From Malassezia furfur (taxonomy: Eukaryota): DNA of 64,000 nucleotides. The stretch lies in assembly GCA_052055015.1 (NCBI GenBank), contig JBQJIT010000016.1; one strand, written 5' to 3'. The notes beneath the pieces are model-generated. The model saw only the letters and a program-made list of their open reading frames with translations, had not been told where the DNA came from and searched no databases. A program made the translations under genes and the position numbers. Of the stretch, positions 1-11,774 are shown piece by piece; position 1 is the first letter of the stretch, and every line of letters starts with the position of its first letter.

Positions 1-1
1 C

Positions 2-2416
2 GCGGCGCCCGGCGCGGCGCCCGGCGCGCCGAGTGCCGACGGTGTCACGGCGCAGATGCAGGCGATGAACGTGAACGGCGCGCGCACGGCGACCGGGCGG
101 CAGGTGAACCAGCTGCTGAACGCCGTGCTTGGGCAGCAGCCGTTCAACATGGACGACGTGTCGATGCCGCCGCCGCCGATCCAGCTGCCGCCCGGCACGG
201 CGCTGTCCGCCAACTCGGGCAACGCCGAGGCGTCGTGGCAGCGGAGCACGCTGAACGCGGTGCCGACAACGTCGTCGATGCTGAGCAAGAGCAAGCTGCC
301 GCTCGCGGTGGTGCTGTCGCCGATGCGGTCGGTGCGCGAGCGCGACGGCGATGCGCCGGTGCCGGTGGTGGGCGACTCGGTGATTGCGCGGTGCCGGCGG
401 TGCCGCACATACATCAACCCGTTTGTGACGTTTGTCGAGGGCGGGCACCGCTGGCGCTGCTGCATGTGCAACATCACCAACGAGGTGCCGCAGCTGTTTG
501 ACTGGGACGCGGAGACGAACCAGCCCGCGGACCGCTGGAAGCGCGCCGAGCTCACGTCGCCCGTCGTCGAGTTCGTCGCGCCCCGCGAATACATGGTGCG
601 CCCGCCTCAGCCGCCCGTGTACGTCTTCCTGCTGGACGTGAACCATGCGGCGGTGCAGGCGGGCGTCGTGGCGACGGCCGCGTCGACGATCCTCGGCGCG
701 CTCGACCGCATCCCCAACAAGGACAACCGCACGCGCGTCGCGGTGATCGGCTTCGACGCGCAGCTGCACTTTTTCCGCATCGCCCCCGGCGAGACGGAGG
801 CGTCGCTGCTCGTCGTGAGCGACCTGGACGACGTCTTCTTGCCGCAGCCGAACGACCTGCTCGTGAACCTGTCCGAGGCGCGCGAGGGGCTCGTGTCGCT
901 CCTGTCGAACCTCGGCGCGATGTACGAGCACGCCACGTCGCCGGGCAGCGCGCTCGGCGCCGCGCTCCAGGCGGCGTTCAAGCTGATCTCGGTGCACGGC
1001 GGCAAGATCGAGGTGCTCACCGCGTCGCTGCCGTCGCTCGGGCCAGGCGCGCTCAAGCGCCGCGAGGACCCCAAGCTGTACGGCGGCCCGCGCGAGTCGT
1101 CCATGCTCACGCCCGGCTCGCCGTTCTACAAGACGTTCCCGATCGACTGCTCGCGCCACCAGGTGTCGGTCGACATGTGGGTGTTCGGCGCGGCGTACAA
1201 CGACCTCGCGACGCTGTCGTGCCTGCCGCGCTACACGGGCGGCCAGACGTTCTACTACCCCAAGTTTGACGCGCGCGTGCCGCAGGACGCGGAGCGCTTC
1301 GCGACCGAGCTCGGCAACGTGCTCGCGAGCCCGGTGAGCTTCGAGGCGGTGCTCCGCATGCGTGCGACGCGTGGCATCCGCCCGACGTCCTTCTACGGCA
1401 ACTTCTTCGTGCGCTCCTCGGACCTGCTCGCGCTGCCGAGTGTCGCGCCGGACCAGAGCTACGTGATCGAGTGCGAGATCGAGGAGACGCTCAACCAGCC
1501 GATCGTCGTGTTCCAGAGCGTGGTGCTGCACAGCACCTCGGACGGCGAGCGCCGCATCCGCGTCATCACCCTCGCGCTGCCGACCACCACGAGCCTCTCG
1601 GAGGTGTACGCGAGCGCCGACCCGGTCGCCATCACCGCCGTGCTCGCCGCCAAGGCGGTGGAAAAGAGCCTGCACGCCCGCCTCGACGACGCGCGCGGCT
1701 ACCTGCGCACGCGCCTAGCCGAGATGCTGTACAACTACCGTGCCACGATGACCAACGCGCGCGGCTCCTCGGGCGCGCAGCCGCTCTCGATCGCCGCCAA
1801 CCTCGTGTCGCTCCCGCTGCTCGTCCTCGGGCTGCTCCGCTGCCCGGGGCTGCGCATCTCGACGCAGCTCTCGCCGGACCAGCGCGCGTACAGCCACACG
1901 CTGCTCAGCACGCTGCCGATGCAGCGCCTCGTGCCGTACCTTGTGCCCAACTTCTACGCGCTGCACTCGATGCCGTCCACCGCCGGGCTCGTCGACCCCG
2001 CGACGCAGCTCGTGATGCTGCCGCCGCGCATGAACCTGAGCAGCGAGCGCCTCGAGCGCCACGGCCTCTACCTGATCGACAACGGCCTCGACCTTATCCT
2101 GTGGCTCGGGCGCGCCGCCGTGCCCAACCTCACGATGGACGTGTTCGGCGCGCCGGACTACGCGAGCCTCCGCTCGGGCAAGCTCGCCCTGCCGGTGCTC
2201 GACAACCCCATGTCGCGCCGCGTCCACGCCATCCTCCACTACCTCGGCGGCTCGCGCCGCGGCGCGTATGCGCCAACTCTCTACCTCGTCAAGGAGGACG
2301 GCGAGGCGTCGCTCCGCCTCTACGCCCTCTCGCAGCTCATCGAGGACCGCTTCGAGCAGACCAGCGGCTACATCCAGTTCCTCAGCCAGATCCGCGACAA
2401 GGTCAACGGGCACTAG
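2..2416 (+). CDS. SEC24: COPII coat subunit Sec24 (5'-truncated by window edge)
   Basis: Zn finger [12 protein letters not shown]...WRCCMC, trunk [27 protein letters not shown] and gelsolin-like C-terminus. The frame is open from nt 2. Confidence 0.96.
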   Translation, partial: AAPGAAPGAPSADGVTAQMQAMNVNGARTATGRQVNQLLNAVLGQQPFNMDDVSMPPPPIQLPPGTALSANSGNAEASWQRSTLNAVPTTSSMLSKSKLPLAVVLSPMRSVRERDGDAPVPVVGDSVIARCRRCRTYINPFVTFVEGGHRWRCCMCNITNEVPQLFDWDAETNQPADRWKRAELTSPVVEFVAPREYMVRPPQPPVYVFLLDVNHAAVQAGVVATAASTILGALDRIPNKDNRTRVAVIGFDAQLHFFRIAPGETEASLLVVSDLDDVFLPQPNDLLVNLSEAREGLVSLLSNLGAMYEHATSPGSALGAALQAAFKLISVHGGKIEVLTASLPSLGPGALKRREDPKLYGGPRESSMLTPGSPFYKTFPIDCSRHQVSVDMWVFGAAYNDLATLSCLPRYTGGQTFYYPKFDARVPQDAERFATELGNVLASPVSFEAVLRMRATRGIRPTSFYGNFFVRSSDLLALPSVAPDQSYVIECEIEETLNQPIVVFQSVVLHSTSDGERRIRVITLALPTTTSLSEVYASADPVAITAVLAAKAVEKSLHARLDDARGYLRTRLAEMLYNYRATMTNARGSSGAQPLSIAANLVSLPLLVLGLLRCPGLRISTQLSPDQRAYSHTLLSTLPMQRLVPYLVPNFYALHSMPSTAGLVDPATQLVMLPPRMNLSSERLERHGLYLIDNGLDLILWLGRAAVPNLTMDVFGAPDYASLRSGKLALPVLDNPMSRRVHAILHYLGGSRRGAYAPTLYLVKEDGEASLRLYALSQLIEDRFEQTSGYIQFLSQIRDKVNGH

Positions 2417-3415
2417 GCGCGCGACGCCACGCCCAGCGCCTGCGCCGCGCCGTGCGCGAGCAGCCCGTGCACATGCGCCGTAGGGTGGTACAGGTCAAAG
2501 AAAAAGTAGCGATCCGGGTCGGCACACTCGTGCCGCGCCACGCCCGCGGCACGCTCGAGCTTTTGCGTGCCGACGAGGCACGCAGAGCGCGTGTTGTGCA
2601 CACCGTAGCGTGTCGGGTGGTCCAGAATGCGCGCCTCGAGCGCCGCCAGGTCCACCAGCGTCACGTTCGCCGTGCCGTCGTGCACCCACGTGCGCAGCGC
2701 CGCATTCACCCGGTGCGTAAAGTGCGTCGTGTTGGCACGCGTCGCCGCATCCGCATAGTCGAGCGCGTACGGCGTCGACTGCATCGGGCTCAGCGTCGGC
2801 ACCATCACATGGCGCGCGCCGTGGCGCTGCAGCCGCACGACGTCGCGCTGCAGCGCGTGCACCACGTCGTGCGCCAGCTCCGTCACGTTGCGCTCCGCAC
2901 TCAGCCCAAAGAAGGCATCGTTCGAGCCGCCCGACACAATGTACAGCGCGTCGCCGTCCGCATGCGCGTCGACGTGCGCAAGGTAGCGCGACACCTGCTC
3001 GCGCACGTCGGGCACGGGCAGCGTCGAGTTGTAGCCCGAGTAGCCGCGCGCAATGCGGTTGTCCGTCGTCGCGCTGCCGTACGCGTAGTCGTCGACGTGC
3101 GTCACGTTGAGCAGGCCCGCAAGCTGCTCAGGCCACGTCAGTCCGTTGCTGAAGCGCCCGCTGCGGTCAGTACGCGCGCCGCGCCGCCTACGCACTCGTA
3201 GTACGCCTTGTCCGCCGGCCACGTCCGGTTCGACAGCAGGTACGTCCCATTGCCCTGCGTCAGCGCCAGTCACGCACATTGTCCACCAAGGAGTCGCCAA
3301 ACACGACGACCCGCGAGTACGGCGCAGGCGTATTGTGCGCCGCGACAAACGGCACCTGCAGCGCGCCGCTCACGCACGCGGCGACCAGCGCCAGACCGGA
3401 CCAGCGCAGCACCAT
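2413..3415 (-). CDS. Secreted GDSL/SGNH lipase-esterase, 3 exons
   Basis: ATG 3415 gives signal-peptide-like [18 protein letters not shown] then [11 protein letters not shown]. Introns 3255-3277 (23 nt) and 3161-3195 (35 nt) join to GRFSNG, GGSND and FFDLYHPT blocks. Confidence 0.9.
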
Positions 3416-3455
3416 GGAGGCAGAAAAAGAAGGATGCACACCTATCTGTACAATG

Positions 3456-3922
3456 CTACACGGCAGAGCGGCGCACCCCGGCCAGCCGGTCCATCACCGT
3501 GCCCACGACCGGCATGGACAGCAGCTGGCCAACGCCGGGCACCTGCCGCAAAAAGTTGAGGATCACCGGGAAGAAGTCACTGCACGTCAGCCGCGCACCA
3601 CCTACCCAAACAGGTTCAAAAACCCGATCGTCTCGACCAACATCCCAAGGAACGTCAGCCGCAAAAACACGAGCACCATGCCCGTGAAGAAGCACAGCGT
3701 CCCGCGGATTTTTTGCTTGCGCGCGAAGAACGCGAGCGTACGCTGGGGGCCAATGAGCATCGCAATGCCTGCGACGAACAGCACATTGCCGAGCGCGAGC
3801 AGCGTCGCATCGAAAAAGAGCACCACGCCCAGGAACAGAAAAAAGACCCCGCCCGAGACTAGGCCGACGCCAATCTCTGCACGTTAGCGCACCCACGCAC
3901 TCTGCTGATCACTGAGCCACAT
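3456..3922 (-). CDS. GOT1: Golgi transport protein Got1, 3 exons
   Basis: Spliced product MWLSDQQKIGVGL...FFDATLLALGNVLF...GFLNLFGDFFP. Introns 3877-3900 (24 nt) and 3580-3605 (26 nt). Confidence 0.92.
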
Positions 3923-3959
3923 CGCCGTCGGGTCGACGTGTCGACGGCATATTTCCTCG

Positions 3960-5213
3960 TCACGCCGCACGCCGCGCACGCGCCGACGCAATAGGGTGCG
4001 TGTCGCTCACCACCACCTTGCCGGGGGGGTACGGCGACGCCGCGTTCGCAAACGTCGCAAACGCACTGCGTCAGCATCCTGCACGTACTTGGCCGTCGGC
4101 AGCGGCTCCTCCGCAAACCACGGGTGCTGCAGCGCCTGCGCCGCCGTGCATCGCCGTGCGGGGTCGTACTGCAGCAGCTTGTCCAGTAGATCGTAGCCCG
4201 CCGAGGTGCCCGCGCGATTCGTGTACCACTGATACAGCGTCTTGGGGATAGCATCGCCACGCCGTAGCGCATGCCACGTCGCATAGTCGGGCAGCGCATC
4301 GAGCATCGGCCACCGCTCGCGCGTCGGCGTGCCAAGAATGTCGACAATCTTGCCCAGCTGGTTGCTGTGTGAGTGGGGCAGCAGGCACGTACGTCTGCAG
4401 CGGCATCGCTTTCACCTTGGAGCTCATGCGGATCTCCTCACCTTTAAACATGGGGCGCAGCGCAATCAGCTCGCCCCAGATGCACCCGACCGCCCACAGA
4501 TCGATCGCGGGGGTGTAGTGCCGCGCGCCAAGCAGCAGCTCCGGCGCACGGTACCAAATCGTGACGACCACCATATCGCTCGCGTGCAGCGACACAAGCG
4601 GGTCGCAGTACACGCGCGCGAGGCCCAGGTCGCCGATCTTGACGACGCCGCGCGCGGTCATCAGGATGTTGGCCGGCTTCAAGTCGCGGTGCATCACCCA
4701 ATTTTCATGCAGGTACTGCACACCGTTGAGTACCTGCCACAGCAGCGACTTGATCATTGCGCCGCTGATCGGCGTACGCAGCACCGTGAGGTGGTGGTGG
4801 ATGATTTGCAGAAAGTCGTGCTCGACGTACTCGTACACCAGAAAGATGGCATTCTCCTCCAGCAGCACCTCGCGCAGCCAGACGACATTGTTGTGCCGTA
4901 GCTCGCGATTCAGGCCGATCTCACGGATCGCGCTCTGGCTGATACCGGTAAACGTCGTCGTGTTCCCCTCGCGGTCCGGCTTAAACTTCTTGATCGCGTA
5001 CACGCGCGGCTCGCGCACCGCACTGTTGGGCGGCAGCAATTCCTGCGCCTTGTACACGCGGCCGTACGTCCCGGAGTTGAGGAAACCCATCACACGGTAG
5101 CGCGCCAGGACAGGCGTACGCTGTGCATTGCGTCGCGCACGGTACGCACGCATAATGTCCGCTGCCGATGCCGACGCCGGCACCGGCACGGACGCCGCGC
5201 CGTCTTGGGGCAT
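3960..5213 (-). CDS. SSN3: Mediator kinase CDK8/Srb10, 3 exons
   Basis: SGTYGRVYKA, YAIKKFKPDREG, GISQSAIREI, HRDLKPANI, DLGLAR, VVVTIWYRAPELLLG. Introns 4365-4392 (28 nt) and 4066-4088 (23 nt). Confidence 0.93.
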
Positions 5214-5249
5214 CGAGCGCACAGACAGCCTCCACCTCCTTCTGCCACG

Positions 5250-6287
5250 ATGTCGGGGGGCTTCTCGATCGTGGATGCCTTCCACAATGCGCTGCGTGAA
5301 GACGACGAGCTGCCGCACCCTATTGCGGCAATCTTTGCGCTGAGCGAGATGATCGGCTCGTCCCAGGCAGAGACCACGTCGGAGCTGATGGAGAGCATTA
5401 AGCGCGCATCGGAGGAGCTGAAGAACAGCCTGCCGAACCCCATCCCGGCGTCGGCAGGCCTCGAACTGTTCATGCGGTTTGTCACGACGAAGAACTGGGC
5501 TGGCGGCGTACGTGTTCGTACTCACGCAGGACTTTGAAACGCACAAACAGAGCCTCATCACCACCGCGCTCGAGTTTGCGCACAACACCGTGCCGAGCTG
5601 CCGCGAGCGGATTACGGCGCTCCTTGTGCCGTTCATTAAGGACGATACGGTGATTCTCACACACGCCTACTCGCGCGTTGTGATGCAGGTGCTGCTTACC
5701 GCGGTCAAGACGCACCGCAAGCGCATCAGCGTGTACGTCACGGAAAGTCGGCCGTCTGAGCATGGGTACGTTTTTTTATGGGCGTCTAACCTAGCTTGCG
5801 CACCTACCATGTGCTGTCCGAGGCGGGCATCCCGTGCACGGTGGTGCTTGACTCTGCCGTCGGTTACATTATCCACAAGGTGGACATGTGCCTGATCGGC
5901 GCCGAGGGTGTCGCCGAGTCGGGCGGCCTGTTCAATGCGATCGGCAGCTACCAGCTCGGCGTGATTGCCAAGGCGGCATGCAAGCCCGTGTTTGCCGCCG
6001 CAGAGAGGTACGTCGCAATGACTCACGCCAGCTTCAAGTTCCTGCGCATGTTCCCGCTGTCGCAGTACGACGTGCCGCTCTCGCACAAGATGCTGCCCTT
6101 CCCCACCAAGGCCGAGATGGAGAAGCACGTCGAGGCACAGGAAAACATGACCCCGGCGATGGAGGCCCTCAACCCTTCGTTCGACTATACCCTGCCGGAG
6201 CTCGTGACGTTCATTGTGAGCGACATCGGGATCCTGACGCCGTCGGGTGTCTCGGACGCGCTGCTCGCCGTGTACGGCGGCGCATAG
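5250..6287 (+). CDS. GCN3: Translation initiation factor eIF2B alpha subunit, 4 exons
   Basis: ILTHAYSRVV, VYVTESRP, GAEGVAESGG, AAES/FKFLRMFPLSQ, GILTPSGVSD. Introns 5508-5529 (22), 5766-5794 (29), 6008-6031 (24). Confidence 0.93.
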
Positions 6288-6332
6288 TGCATACATAGCG
6301 ACCTCGCCCTATGTGTCTACTTCGGCGCACGC

Positions 6333-8810
6333 TCAGCGGCGCCCTCCTTTTTTGCCGCCGCGCGCACTCGGTTTGCTCGGCTTGCCGGCGCCGCCCTTGG
6401 ACGGCTTGCCCCGCGCGCTGCTCATGTCGCGCCCAAACGCGCCGCCCTTGTCGCTGGAGCGCAGCTCGGTCGAAATTTTGCGCTTCTTCGGCTTGCTCGG
6501 CTTGGCCTTGTACTTGGGCTCGTTCACGCCAAGCTCCTTGGGGCGCTGCGCACGCTTCGCGGCGCGGATGCTTGCATCGATCTCGCGTGAATTGTTCTCC
6601 TTTGCGTCCTCCTCACGCATGAGCTTGAGCCGCTTCTGCCGCCGCGACAAGCCCGCAAAGCGGTCCTTCTCCTTGGCCTTGCGCTTCTCCGCCGCGCGCG
6701 CCGCATCCATCTTGGCGACGTACTCCTCGCGCGACGCGCCCTTCGACTCCGCCTTGTCCTTCTCGCTCTGGAACCAGGTGCGCGCAGGGCGCGAGTAGAT
6801 CTCATCCTGGTGCGCCAGCATATTCTCGCTCTTTTGCATCTGCATCTCGGCCTGGCGCAGCGCACGCTCCTCTTTCTCTTCGGCAATCACCTCCTCGATG
6901 TCCGATTTGAGCGCGTCGATCGCCGTGCTCATCTTCTGCACCGCCTCGGCGGGGACCAGCCGGTGCTTGACCTGCTCCGGCGGCGTGCGCTTCAGCACCG
7001 CCTTGAGCAGACGACGGTCTGCCTCGCCCACCAGCGTCACCGAGCGGCCCTGGCGCCCGGCACGCGCAGTACGACCGACACGGTGCAGGTAGGGCTCGAG
7101 CTGTGCCGGCATGTCGTAGTTGATCACGGTCTGCACGCCACGGATATCGATACCACGGCTTGCGAGATCCGTCGCAAGCAAAAAGTCGACCTTGCGGTCG
7201 CGGAAGTTGGTGAGCGACTGCAACCGCTGTTCTTGCGACAGGTCGCCGTGCAGCTCGGCAGCCGACAGGCCTAGTAGGCCAAAGATGATCTTGAGCTGGT
7301 GCGCAAGCCGCTTGCTGCGCACAAAGATGATCACCTGGTCCCGGAACGTGCGCATACACAGCGCCAGCAACAGCGCCGCCCGCTGTGCGTCCTCAGCGGC
7401 CTTGCGCTCCGCCGCCGAGCCGGTCGTCGGCGCACGCACACGCACAAACTCTTGGGTAAGCTTGGCGGCCGTCGAGCGCTTCGGGTCGACAAACAGACGC
7501 ACAGGCTGCCGCAGGCTCAGGCGCACGAGCTGATCGACGTCGTCGGTCATCGTGGCCGAGAAGAGCATCGTCTGCCGCTGCTGGGGGCACGAGCGGACGA
7601 TCTCGTTGAGCTGGTCCTCGAACCCATCCTCGAGCATACGGTCGGCCTCGTCCATGACCAGGATCTCGATGTCGTCCAGTCCGAACGACGAGCTGTTCTG
7701 CACGTGGTCAATCAGACGACCGGGCGTCGCAATTATAATGTCAGGGCGCGTCTTCAGCTCGGCCTCTTGTGCCTTGACGGAGAGACCACCCACACACAGG
7801 CAGAACCGCACCTGCATGTATTGTGCCAGCGCCATACCAACGCTGTGGCACTGGATCGCCAGCTCACGCGTCGGGCAAAGAATCACGACGCGCGACTTGG
7901 CGTCTTCGACGCCCTTTTGCCGGTACGACAACCGCTCCAGAATCGGAATCAAAAACGCCGCGGTTTTACCACTGCCCGTCACGGCGCCGGCCACAATGTC
8001 CTTGCCGGCGAGCGCAATGGGAATCGTGCGCGACTGGATCGGCGTGGGCTTCTGGAAGTTCATCGCACTCAAAGCGCGCAACAGCGCGCGGTTCAGACGC
8101 AGCGCAGAGAACGACGCCATAGGCGCCTCAGCAGATGGCTCCTCGGCCGCAAAGTACTGCGCCTTGCGCTCGGCGTCCGCGTCGTCCTCGTCGTCGTCAT
8201 CGCTGTCGTCCTCGTCCTCTTCCTCCTCTGATTCGGACGCATCTTCGTTGTCTTCGGCATCGCTGGCGTCCTTGTCGTCCTCAAGCGGGTCCTCCTCGCT
8301 GTCTTCTTCTTCTTCTTCTTCGTCACTGGCTTGGTTCGCCCGGGCACCGGTACCGAACCCTTCGCCCTCGCTGCTCTCGCTCTCGTAGTCAGGTACATCG
8401 TCATCCTCTTCCTCATCTTCTTCCTCTTCCTCCTCGTCGAGCTCAGGCAGGCGCGGCTTTACATCCGCACGACGCCGCTCAATGATATCGTCCACTGTGA
8501 GCCGCGATGCCTCGGCGCTGTTCGCACCGTTCGCACGCGCCACATGAAAGTTCCAGTCCTGCGGGTTGTTGTCGTCAATACCGTCGTCAAATTCAAACTC
8601 GGCGCCCATCTCGAGCACCTCGTCGTCGTTCTGGCTCGGCTTCCCAGTGTCCACAACCTTTTCCCGCGCATTGATACTGGCTTTGGTACCCTTCTTCTTG
8701 GGTACCACTTCTTCCTCCTCGATAGGCTCCTCGGGAACCTCATCATCGGAGTCCAGCGTCATGACAAAGTCATCGCGCTTGGCGCGCGGCTCGCGCGCTT
8801 TCGACACCAT
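6333..8810 (-). CDS. DRS1: DEAD-box RNA helicase Drs1/DDX27 (60S biogenesis)
   Basis: Acidic N-terminus, AVTGSGKTAAF, PTRELA, DEADRML, SAT, HRVGRTARAG, RPARTWFQSEK. Likely ATG at 8810. Confidence 0.93.
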   Translation of the reverse strand: MVSKAREPRAKRDDFVMTLDSDDEVPEEPIEEEEVVPKKKGTKASINAREKVVDTGKPSQNDDEVLEMGAEFEFDDGIDDNNPQDWNFHVARANGANSAEASRLTVDDIIERRRADVKPRLPELDEEEEEEDEEEDDDVPDYESESSEGEGFGTGARANQASDEEEEEEDSEEDPLEDDKDASDAEDNEDASESEEEEDEDDSDDDDEDDADAERKAQYFAAEEPSAEAPMASFSALRLNRALLRALSAMNFQKPTPIQSRTIPIALAGKDIVAGAVTGSGKTAAFLIPILERLSYRQKGVEDAKSRVVILCPTRELAIQCHSVGMALAQYMQVRFCLCVGGLSVKAQEAELKTRPDIIIATPGRLIDHVQNSSSFGLDDIEILVMDEADRMLEDGFEDQLNEIVRSCPQQRQTMLFSATMTDDVDQLVRLSLRQPVRLFVDPKRSTAAKLTQEFVRVRAPTTGSAAERKAAEDAQRAALLLALCMRTFRDQVIIFVRSKRLAHQLKIIFGLLGLSAAELHGDLSQEQRLQSLTNFRDRKVDFLLATDLASRGIDIRGVQTVINYDMPAQLEPYLHRVGRTARAGRQGRSVTLVGEADRRLLKAVLKRTPPEQVKHRLVPAEAVQKMSTAIDALKSDIEEVIAEEKEERALRQAEMQMQKSENMLAHQDEIYSRPARTWFQSEKDKAESKGASREEYVAKMDAARAAEKRKAKEKDRFAGLSRRQKRLKLMREEDAKENNSREIDASIRAAKRAQRPKELGVNEPKYKAKPSKPKKRKISTELRSSDKGGAFGRDMSSARGKPSKGGAGKPSKPSARGGKKGGRR

Positions 8811-8950
8811 CGCTGCAAGGCGACTCCTCCACGCGCCCAAAAAAAATGTGGACGAAGCCGTCACGTGGCGATCGGGCGAGTCGGCCTGGGGACCCGCGGG
8901 TTGCTGCAGGTACGGTCTTCGATCGTAGTCGTCCGACTCATAACCCCAGC

Positions 8951-10480
8951 ATGACCGATCTGGGCGCGACCTCGACGTCCCCACCCAACTCAGCAGGATC
9001 GGCCCCACGCCGGCTCGGACAGATCCTACGGAGGTACAGTGTCGGTCAAAATTCTTCGCAAATGTCCACATCCCCGCTCGGGGATGCCGCAACGGCCCTC
9101 GGCACCAGCCCCCCCACATCGCCGGCTCGGCCGCGCTCGCGCCGGTCGTCCGAGGGACAGGGAAGCTCGTCGTCGATACCGCTCGGTGTGCGACTCGCGC
9201 CGCTGCGTGCTGCCGCAGCCTCCGTGTTCGGCTCGAGCCGAAATGCGACCAGCAGCGATGCGTCGCAGTCGGCCTCGGCCACTAGCAACTCGCCCACGCC
9301 GTCGCACCCACTGCAGGACTCGCACAGCGAAGGAAATACCTCTTTGCCTAACACGGTGGGCGCAACGCACAAGCTGCGCCTCGTGCCGTTCTTGGACATG
9401 ACTCGCTCGCTGCTGTTTGTCCCCACCGAAATTGAGCTGCGTGAAAATGGTCACGCTGTCCAGTTGGGCCGCTTCACGGAGCGCAGGCGTACCGATACCC
9501 AAGCGGAAGTCGACACGACGGCGCCGGCCGTCGAGGTCTCGACGGCCGAGCCTCTCCCCCCGGCGCTCGCAGAGGACCAAGCGGCGACTACTGCCCGTGC
9601 GTCGGCAGCGACGGTGAACCGGCAGCAGTCGCGCATCAACTTCAAAAGCAAGGTCGTGAGCCGACTCCACGCAGAGATGTGGTGCGAGTCGGGTGGCAAG
9701 GTGTACATCCGCGACACGCGCTCCAGCAGCGGGACGTTTTTGAACCATTTGCGACTATCGCCACCGGGCACGCTCAGCCGGCCGTTCGCGCTGAAAGACG
9801 GCGACGTGCTCCAGTTTGGCATCGACTACCAAGGCGGTGTGCAAGAGCTGTACCGCTGCATCAAGCTGCGCATCGAGCTTGACCACGACACACGCCTGCA
9901 GCCCACGGCGTACGGCGCCAATATGCTCCGTCAGCTGCAGTCCATGCAGCCGGTGGCCGAAGCCACCGGTGCCAACGCACCCACGATTGGGATCGTGCCG
10001 CCGCCCGCGGAAGATGCGTCCCGGACGCCCGCAGTGCAGGCGACCTCCCGCGCAAGCCTCGCAGAATGCTGCATCTGTCTCTTCAAAATCAAAGTCTGCC
10101 AGGCACTGTTCATCGCACCTTGTTCGCACATGTTCCATTACAAATGCATTCGCCCGATCCTCACGCTGCACCACCCGGGCTTCTCGTGCCCGCTGTGCCG
10201 CGTGTTTGTCAACCTCGACGACGACGTCGAGATCGAAGAGGAGGAGGAGGCAGAAGACTGCCTGGTGGTCACCGACATCCAGCCTTCGCCTGCGGGCGGC
10301 GCTGGAACGCCGCTCTCGAATGTCGCCTCGGAGCATACCGAAGATACCTCGGGATCCATCGGCGAAGTGCATTCCGCACCGACGTCCCCGCTGCAGGCAT
10401 CGTTTAGCGACGTGGCGGCCAGCACCCAGCCTCTAGACGCGATCGCCGAGCAGGACAGTCCGGCGCTCGGTCCTTCGTAG
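8951..10480 (+). CDS. DMA1: FHA plus RING-H2 E3 ubiquitin ligase Dma1-like
   Basis: FHA motifs FKSKVVSRLHA and RDTRSSSGTFLN, GIDYQGG. RING CCICL...PCSHMFHYKC...CPLCR. Confidence 0.9.
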   Translation: MTDLGATSTSPPNSAGSAPRRLGQILRRYSVGQNSSQMSTSPLGDAATALGTSPPTSPARPRSRRSSEGQGSSSSIPLGVRLAPLRAAAASVFGSSRNATSSDASQSASATSNSPTPSHPLQDSHSEGNTSLPNTVGATHKLRLVPFLDMTRSLLFVPTEIELRENGHAVQLGRFTERRRTDTQAEVDTTAPAVEVSTAEPLPPALAEDQAATTARASAATVNRQQSRINFKSKVVSRLHAEMWCESGGKVYIRDTRSSSGTFLNHLRLSPPGTLSRPFALKDGDVLQFGIDYQGGVQELYRCIKLRIELDHDTRLQPTAYGANMLRQLQSMQPVAEATGANAPTIGIVPPPAEDASRTPAVQATSRASLAECCICLFKIKVCQALFIAPCSHMFHYKCIRPILTLHHPGFSCPLCRVFVNLDDDVEIEEEEEAEDCLVVTDIQPSPAGGAGTPLSNVASEHTEDTSGSIGEVHSAPTSPLQASFSDVAASTQPLDAIAEQDSPALGPS

Positions 10481-10558
10481 GCATTTGCTACATCGGCACC
10501 CCGCGGCGCGGGTGTGTCGTTCCTAATGACATTGTATACCATCCGACTCGTCTATGAA

Positions 10559-11731
<1,173 letters not shown>

Positions 11732-11774
11732 GGCGGCCAAAAAATGGCTTACGTCAGTCCAACATGCACGCAGT

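Noticed and set aside
8170..8440. TCC/TCG/TCT-rich repeat-like tract
   Set aside because: It encodes the acidic Asp/Glu N-terminal region of Drs1 and is not an independent repeat.
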